Shown: piece after piece, positions 54,475 to 62,005 of the stretch
How positions within the stretch are numbered: position 1 is the stretch's first letter
Layout of the letters: every line of letters starts with the position of its first letter
Source of the DNA: Octopus sinensis
Taxonomy: Eukaryota
NCBI RefSeq assembly: GCF_006345805.1
Contig: NW_021832236.1
Span: 1 to 62,005, forward strand
DNA: 62,005 bases
Reading direction: 5' to 3'
Notes under the pieces: model-generated
Told to the model about the DNA's origin: nothing
Seen by the model: only the letters and a program-made list of their open reading frames with translations
Database searches by the model: none
Program-made: the position numbers and the translations under genes

Positions 54475-55265
54475 CAGGCTGAATAAAAAGTAAGCAACAT
54501 TTTGAAACATGAAATTTATCACATATTTCAACAGGTGGAAATTTTATTCATCAACATTATAGTCAACATATTTTTGCCTACGAGTTACAAGCTTGTTTAT
54601 TCCGGTAACATAAAAATCTGGAGTTCTGAGTCTGATAAACTCTTTGAACGCACTTTCATCATCGGTTTTATTTTTGAACTCCATCTCTCGCAGGAAACAA
54701 TCAAGGTCTTGAAAATGTGGTAGTCAGTAAGAGAAAAGTCTAAGGAATAAGCTGGGTGGGGAAGAACTTCATAGCCAAATTCCCTCAACTTCTGACGTGT
54801 CATTAGTGAAAACGTGTGGTCGAGCATTGTCATAAAGAATGATTGGCCCTCTTCTGTTGACAAGCCTGGAACGGAGGAGTAGCAACTTTCGTTCATTTTG
54901 GTAATTTTATGGTATTATGATTCTGCAGTAATGGTTTTTCCAGGTTTTAAGCAGTTATAGCGGATGAGTCCAGCAGTACACCACCAAAGGATCACCATAA
55001 TCTTCTTTTTGAAGGGCTCGGGTTTAAGGAAAGTTTTCGGTGATTCATTTTGGTCCAACAACTGTGAAGAACGTTTTTTTTTTGTTATCATTGTACAGAA
55101 TCAACTTTTCATCGTAAGTTGCAATAAGGTCGAGCAATGGACCGGTCTGGTTGCGGAGAAGAAGCGACGAACAAATTTCATATCTGTGCATTTTCTGATT
55201 TTCATTCAAATCGTGTAGTATCCATTTGTCGAGATATTGCAAAAATCTCGTACATTCTGAGTTTA
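54475..55265 (-). mobile_element. Mariner transposon, 3' half with one TIR
   Basis: LATYDEKLILYNDN, MLDH, LPHPAYSLDFSLTDYHIFK on the minus strand; TIR-like tcaggctgaataaaaagtaagc after a TA run. Confidence 0.8.
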
Positions 55266-55856
55266 ATACAAAGAGGCCCACCTACCTCTAATCTTTCACA
55301 GGTTGCCAACTAGATACAATATGTACAAAATTTCTGTCGCTTACTGTAATCTATAGGATATTCTCTAATGCTTTAATGTACATTAATCATATATTCAACA
55401 CTCAACACAATAGCCGTCTGAACAGATGAATGTTTTGACAATGCGACGACCTCTTGTTATATCGTATTGTTATATTCACATTTGCTTTTATATACACTTC
55501 GATTTGCTATCATTGAGATACAAATTTGCATATGTAAACCTCGAACGTTGATGTTGTCAATTAATTCCTGATTGTGAAGTGAAACAATATCAAATAAGTA
55601 TACATGTCTCGGCATAATTCGCTGATATCAACTCTCTTTGTTTATCTTGTCAAGTTTTCTCTCTGATTTATACCTCAAGGAAGTAGATCGCCTTTTCATA
55701 TTTTTGCCACTTAAGAAGAAAAGAAAATTATTTTATTATTCTTTGGTTTTCTTTCGACGACAGAGGAGAGAAATATATTTGCTCCTGTTTGTTTTAAATT
55801 AGTTTGAATACGGTATATAAAAAAAACAAACATATTTGCATAATTAACTTGAAGCT

Positions 55857-56060
55857 AAAGATGGCGAGTCGGCAGAATCGTTAGCATGCCGGGCATTTCG
55901 TTTGTCGTTACGTTCTGAGTACAAATTCTGCTGAGGTCGACTTTACCTTTCTTCCTTTCGGGGTCGATAAAATCAGTGTCAGCTGAGCAGTAGGGTCGAT
56001 GTAATCGAATTACCTCCTCCCATCGTTGCTTGTCTTATGCTCTTAATTTGAAGCCAATAA
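55857..56060 (+). mobile_element. SINE family B
   Basis: ggcgagtcggcagaatcgttagc...gaggtcgactttacctttcttcctttcggggtcgataaa. Confidence 0.8.
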
Positions 56061-56134
56061 TTAGTTTGAGACTGCATCTTAAAGAGGCTAGAGATCACAT
56101 TCTCGGTTGCTGAATTGTATATATATATATCTTT

Positions 56135-56326
56135 TTATATGTTTACTTGTTTCAGTCATTGGACTGCGGCCGTGCTGGGGCACTACTTTGAAAGGCTTTT
56201 GTCGAAAGAATCGACCACGGTACTGCTACTTATTCTGTCACCAACGTCTCTTATGCCGAACCGCTAAGCTATGGGACGGTAAACAAACCAATACCGGTTG
56301 TCAAGTGGTGGTGGGGGCAAACGCTA

Positions 56327-56330
<4 letters not shown>
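56135..56330 (-). mobile_element. Degenerate SINE family A, 3' half
   Basis: cttgtttcagtcattggactgcggccgtgctgggg...gccgaaccgctaag. Confidence 0.7.
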
Positions 56331-56358
<28 letters not shown>

Positions 56359-56383
56359 CTATGTATATATGTATATATATATA

Positions 56384-56518
56384 TTATTTATATTGAGGGC
56401 ATTACTATATAAAAATGCCACACTCTAGGAGGGACTCATAAAGTCAAGGTAGTTTTGACTTTAAGAGTCCCTCCTAGCGTGTGGCATTTATATATAGTAA
56501 TGCCCTCAATATAAATAA
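56384..56518. repeat. 135-bp near-perfect palindrome (foldback/MITE-like)
   Basis: 64-bp arms with 3 mismatches, 7-nt loop GGTAGTT. Confidence 0.9.
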
Positions 56519-56617
56519 ATTATATTCAAGAGAAAAATTTATGGATTTTCTCTTATGAGGTTTTCGCGCTAACTACATGATAAATTCTTATAAAGATTTT
56601 ATCCCATTTTTAAATAT

Positions 56618-56688
<71 letters not shown>

Positions 56689-56847
56689 AATATATATAAG
56701 TAGTTGAGTGAATTATCCTAGTATGGATAATTCGGTTAACCGATACCCGGGTAGCAAATTTACGTCAGAAAACACGGCTGAAGCTACATGCCAAGGGCAG
56801 AGGTCACGTGTTTTCGTGTGGAAATTTGTGTGGTTTTTTACTATAAA

Positions 56848-57094
56848 TAAATGAAAGAATGGAGTCGAACGACGATTTAACAAAATTCCTTTATTCTCGA
56901 CATATGTTTCGAAGGCACTATGGATTCAGTGTGGGCAGTCATCTAAAAGTTTTTGTTCGTTATGATGCTGACATAAGTTCCTTGGTATAATGCACCCTTT
57001 ATTCCTTCGGAATTAAGAAAATGCAGCCTTTGAAACATGTGTCGAGAATAAAGGAATTTTGTTAAATCGTCGTTCGACTCCATTCTTTCATTTA
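56848..57094. repeat. 247-bp element with 69-bp inverted arms
   Basis: 56848-56916 versus 57026-57094, 2 mismatches. Confidence 0.9.
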
Positions 57095-57139
57095 TATATA
57101 TATATATATTATATATATATATATATATTATATATATAT

Positions 57140-57300
57140 ATACGACAGTCTTCTTTCACTTTCCCTCTAGCTAACCCACCCTCAAGGCTTTGGTCGGCTT
57201 GGGGCTACCAAAGACAGCTGGTCAAGGTATCACCCAGTACGACTGAACCCGAAAGCATGGGGTTGGGAAGCAAACTTCTCAAAAGACAGCCAAGCCTGCG

Positions 57301-57303
<3 letters not shown>
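57140..57303 (-). mobile_element. Degenerate SINE family A, 5' half
   Basis: tacgacagtcttctttc...actgaacccgaaagcatggggttgggaagcaaacttct. Confidence 0.6.
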
Positions 57304-57337
<34 letters not shown>

Positions 57338-57339
57338 GA

Positions 57340-57548
57340 CATATAGCTATTTCAAATTTTTGCCACAAGGGCAGCTTGGGGGAGATGGGGATGAGTCGAT
57401 TACATCGACCCCAGTGTTCAACTGGTACTTATTTTATCGATCCCGAGGGGACGAAAAGTAAAGTCGACCTTGGCGGAATTAGAACTTAGCGAAATACCGC
57501 TAAGAATTTCGTCCAGCGTGCTAACGATTCTGCCAGCTCGTCGCCTTA
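57340..57548 (-). mobile_element. SINE family B
   Basis: aaagtcgaccttggcggaatt...gctaacgattctgccagctcgtcgcctt. Confidence 0.85.
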
Positions 57549-58149
57549 TATACATACCATATAATGTGATACATATAACCTAATTTCATAATTTCACAGG
57601 GCATACACGTTCTAAAATCTCTATCCAGGTTTCGAACTCGAACCAGTCTGTAGAGGTCTGCATTCATGAAAATTCCGAAGATTGTAGCACATTTCGTTGC
57701 TATTTCTATCAGGTTGCGGGACCACGTACATATTTCTTCTGTTGTTAGTGCTGTTGTAGATTTTTATGGTTTAATCTAAGGTTAGATACTCTCCGGTTTT
57801 CAGACAGAACGTATCTAAGACAACATCCTCCGTGTCTTTTTTTTAAAGATTACAGAGTAAAATTTCAGGGATGTTTGCCTCCTATTTCTAGTAGGTTAAG
57901 GGACCTATAAGAAGCTCTCTTATTGGGTTAACCATATCCACTTCAGCAAATTGAGAAACATGAAACTCAAGTTATAAGAGATAAGGATGTCTCGCAGTTT
58001 ATAGATTTGTCAGAGGAGGAAATATGCTGCTCTGGGTACAGCACCTACGATTGGTGGGGAAAAGGAGAGAAGAAATTTCTGATAGGAGATCTGATCTGAA
58101 TGTTTGTGGCCACGAGGAAGATGTTTACTGCTGGGACTTTCTAGACACT

Positions 58150-58400
58150 CCAAGGTCGGCGAGGTTCATATCTTTAGCATTCCGCTGAACAGTTGTGGCA
58201 AAGACGTGCTGAGAAGAAATTCTAAAAGGCCGACGTTTTGGAATGAAAGAACTGGGAATAATAATTAGTGTGATGTGGATGGAGGGAGATAGGAGTTTAC
58301 ATACGATATGAGTGATGACGGAGGATCGACAAGCGACGAGTGATTCTAGAGTACTTGAGTAGCACTTGCACGACACGAGTCAGCTCAAAGGAGCTGGGGA
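58150..58400 (-). mobile_element. Possible decayed CR1/L2-type LINE C-terminus
   Basis: Minus frame remnants SRITRR...HHSYR...TNYYSQFF-SKTSAF*N resemble RxTR...YxxSFxPRTxxLWN. Confidence 0.35.
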
Positions 58401-58437
58401 TCGTCCGTTGCAGTGCATGCAGAAAAGGCAGAGAAAC

Positions 58438-58826
58438 ATAGGCGCAGGAGTGGCTGTGTGGTAAGTAGCTTGCTTACCAACTACATGATTCTGGGTTCAG
58501 TCCCACTGCGGGGCACCTTGGGCAAGTGTCTTCTACTATAGCCTCGGGCCGACCAAAGACTTGTGAGTGGATTTGGTAGACGGAAACCGAAAGAAGCCCG
58601 TCGTTTATATATATGTATATATGTGTGTTTATGTGTCTGTGTTTGACAACCGATGCTGGTGGGTTTACGTCCCCGTAACTTAGCAGTTCGGCAATAGAGA
58701 CCGATAGAATAAGTACTAGGCTTACAAAGAATAAGTCCTGGGGTCGATTTGCTCGACTAAAGGCGGTGCTCCAACATGGCCACAGTCAAATGACTGAAAC
58801 AAGTAAAAGAGAGAGAAAAGTGAGAA
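58438..58826 (+). mobile_element. SINE family A, full length
   Basis: ggcgcaggagtggctgtgtggtaagtagcttgc...gactgaaacaagtaaaaga. Confidence 0.9.
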
Positions 58827-58966
58827 AGAGGGTCAAAATTAAAAGCATGTTGATGAGTATCTTCATGTAAAATGGATCGATTTGTATTTCTCTGGATGCG
58901 GCCTCGGACCCAAAGAAAGACAACGGAATAGGACGGATCAGTAACATCCCTGCCCTACATAAAATA

Positions 58967-59330
58967 GGAGGCGCAATGGCCCAATGGTTAGGGCAGCGGA
59001 CTCGCGGTCATAGGATCGCGGTTTCGATTCCCAGACCGGGCGTTGTGAGTGTTTATTGAGCGAAAACACCTAAAAGCTCCACGTGGTGATCCCTGCTGTA
59101 CTCTTTCACCACAACTTTCTCTCACTCTTACTTCCTGTTTCTGTTGTACCTGTATTTCAAAGGGCCGGCCTTGTCACTCTCTGTGTCACGCTGAATATCC
59201 CCGAGAACTACGTTAAGGGTACACGTGTCTGTGGAGTGCTCAGCCACTTGCACGTTAATTTCACGAGCAGGCTGTTCCGTTGATTTGGATCAACCGGAAC
59301 CCTAGTCGTCGTAACCGACGGAGTGCTTCC
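58967..59330 (+). mobile_element. SINE family C, tail type 3
   Basis: Same head and body; tail ...gctcagccacttgcacgttaatttcacgagcaggctgttccg...gtcgtcgtaaccgacggagtg. Confidence 0.85.
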
Positions 59331-59429
59331 ATCCACATAAAATAACATGTAGGCCGATGCACATGGTGCACTGGGAGGGACTTCATAGTTCTTCTACCCT
59401 GTTCCTCTGCAGTTGCCTATTTTAGAAAA

Positions 59430-59760
59430 ACAAAAAGCAGGGTATTGGCATGGCCCATCTATTTGTTGCTTTATATCCTCTCCATTTAATAATGTTTCGA
59501 GCACCTTTTCAATCCTTATCTCATACTCTTTGAAGACTTTTTAATTTCACCTTCCATTAGCCTATCCCCCTGCGGCAACTCTCGGTACTTGTTTTTCTAT
59601 GTTATTCCTTAATGATCTAATGATGTCGACTTGTGTTAATTATATGTCATCAGATTTAAATTTTCGGTCTCTCTTCATAATTAAAACTGCAGAATCATTT
59701 CTATCCTTGTTAAATATTCATTTTGTATACAGTTAGAGGTCAAGTATTTCGGTAAGCTCT
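59430..59760 (-). mobile_element. Decayed R4/Dong-like LINE fragment (post-RT region)
   Basis: FKEYEIRIEKVLETLLNGED followed by frameshifted ATNRWAMP, comparable to KEYxxRxRKxLxSxLNGxN...AINxWAxP. Confidence 0.55.
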
Positions 59761-59859
59761 TAGGCTGGCCTGGATTTTCCCAGTATTCTTGTCAGAAGGA
59801 TTACTGCAATGGTGGTGATGTTGGTAATGATTATGATCATCATCATCAGTATCGTTCTC

Positions 59860-59944
59860 CTCCTCCTACACCTCTCTTCTTCTTCTTCTTCTTCTTCTTG
59901 ATATTGATGTCATTATTGTAGCTGTTATTATTACTATTATTATT

Positions 59945-59999
<55 letters not shown>

Positions 60000-60000
60000 C

Positions 60001-60051
<51 letters not shown>

Positions 60052-60064
60052 GTCATCATCATTA

Positions 60065-60103
<39 letters not shown>

Positions 60104-60215
60104 AGTAGTAGTAGTAGTAGTAGCAGCAGTATTAGTAGTAGTAGTAGTAGTAATAGTAGTAGTAGTAGTAGGAGTAGGAATAGGAAGAGTAGGAGTAGGA
60201 GGAGCAGGGGCACAA
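59860..60215. repeat. (CTT)/(CAT)/(TAT)/(TAG) compound microsatellite
   Basis: Seen directly. Confidence 0.9.
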
Positions 60216-60543
60216 AATAAGAAGAGGGATAAATTGTTCTAAAGCCCTAATATGTGTGTGCAGGTGAGGTGCATGTGTTCATGCAATTGTGCAATTCTTC
60301 ATATTTAAAATGCAGTCGATTTCATTAATTTCCTAATGTAAATAGCGTCTTTATTAATCCTTTCAATATGTACTTAATCTCTTTGTGCTTCTCCAAGCTG
60401 CGTTTTTGTGGAATGTTAAGGAACTACGAAACGAACGCACCATACAATATATATATATATATATGTAAATAGATATATGATAAATATATATGTATATATT
60501 ATATATACATATATTATATATATATATTAAATTATATATATAA

Positions 60544-60574
<31 letters not shown>

Positions 60575-60730
60575 GTATATATATATATATATATAAATAT
60601 ATATATAAATATATATATATGTATATATATATATATCTTATATATAATAAATATATATATAAATATATATATATGTATATATCTATATATATATATATAT
60701 ATACTATATATATATATATATAATATATAT

Positions 60731-60955
60731 AAAATATTTTAGAGACAAAACCACTATTTTGGCAAACAAACAAGGAAGACTTAATCAATACATAAAATTT
60801 TAATAAATAGTCAAAAAAACCGCCACTAGACAATGGTTTAAGGAAAAAGAGGAGGAAAAATGGTCTTGATCGACAATCTTTTACTATAAAATTGGATTTA
60901 TCCTAAATCTGATTTTTTCCCTGTAAATTTGGATTTATTCCCTAATATTTATTAT
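60731..60955. repeat. Unclassified ~225-bp interspersed repeat between (TA)n tracts
   Basis: Homologous in reverse orientation to 48665-48857. Confidence 0.75.
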
Positions 60956-61023
60956 TATATATATATATATATTATATATATATATATATAATCCAAATAA
61001 CCAAGAAGAATGACTCCGGTGAT

Positions 61024-61111
61024 TTGGTACAATTGTTTCGCACTACAAACATTTTATTAAAAGTTGTAAATATTTACAGCAGATTTAAGATGCTGAGTGT
61101 TCTCCAGCCAA
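61024..61111 (-). ncRNA. Degenerate minimal hammerhead motif
   Basis: Minus: ttgg CTGGAGA acact...agtgc GAAA CAATTG TA ccaa; palindromic ACAATTGT, GUA triplet, 4-bp stem I. Confidence 0.5.
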
Positions 61112-61301
61112 TTACATAGGTCTTCCAATAATACAAACTTTCAAATCAAGTAGTACATTATCGAGAAGGTAGATACACAGATAAAGATGTAGATTTAATT
61201 TAAGAACATATGAGGGTGTGAGTTCCGTATACTATATATATATTATTATATATATAATATATATATATAGATATATATATATATATGTATATGTATATGT
61301 A

Positions 61302-61348
<47 letters not shown>

Positions 61349-61394
61349 ATGTATATGTATATGTATATATGTATATATATATATATATATATAC

Positions 61395-61790
61395 AGGAGT
61401 GGCCGTGTGGTAAGCAGCTTGCTAAGTAACCACATGGTTCCGGCTTCAGTCTCACTGCGTGGCAAGTGTCTTCTACTATAGCCCCGGGCCGACCAATGCC
61501 TTGTGAGTGGATTTGGTAGACGTAAACTGAAAGAAGCCTGTCGTATATATGTATATATATGTGTGTGTATGTGTTTGTGTGTCTGTGTTTGTCTCCCAAG
61601 CATTGCTTGACAACCGATGCTGGTGTGTTTACGTCCCCGTCACTTACCGATTCGGCAAAAAGAGACCGATAGAATAAGTACTGGGCTTACAAAGAATAAG
61701 TCCCGGGGTCGATTTGCTCGACTAGAAGGCGGTGCTCCAGCATGGCTGCAGTCAAATGACTGAAACAAGTAAAAGAGAGTGTAAAGAGTA
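61395..61790 (+). mobile_element. SINE family A, full length
   Basis: caggagtggccgtgtggtaagc...ccagcatggctgcagtcaaatgactgaaacaag. Confidence 0.9.
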
Positions 61791-61958
61791 TATATGTAAA
61801 TATATATATGTATACACACACACACACACACACCACACACATATATATATGTATATGTATAATTATAATAAAGAGTAAAAATCATTAATGATTTTACCAG
61901 GGGGGCAGCGCAGAAATAAAAACCTTATAGGTAAATGTTACAAATGTTTTAATAATTA

Positions 61959-62005
61959 CTAGCAGTATCGCCCGGCGTTGCTCGGGTTTATAAGGAAATA
62001 ACTAT
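61959..62005 (-). mobile_element. Helitron 3' terminus (element continues beyond the window)
   Basis: ctagcagtatcgcccggcgttgctcgggttt is identical to the start of the 27717 element. Confidence 0.8.

Overview
Repeat-saturated, AT-rich animal DNA. The tRNA-headed SINE families, mariner/Helitron/LINE relics and very high microsatellite density point to a cephalopod, probably Octopus (inference from pattern recognition, no database search). I found no intact host gene. Nearly all listed ORFs are microsatellite read-throughs or fragments of decayed transposable elements: RTE, CR1/Jockey-like and R4/Dong-like LINEs, four mariner relics, Helitrons and at least five SINE families. There is also a ~5.6 kb (TACA)n satellite. 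The most interesting signal is a set of minimal Penelope-type hammerhead ribozyme motifs. One has an intact catalytic core and a long extended stem II (54160-54268). Two sit in an inverted pair of elements, one of which has a tRNA-like head (2969-3564). One degenerate copy lies on the minus strand (61024-61111), and two half-motifs lie in 69-bp inverted arms (56848-57094). Other notable structures are a SINE family with three interchangeable 3' tails, a fixed 184-bp restart in another SINE family, and several long palindromes.
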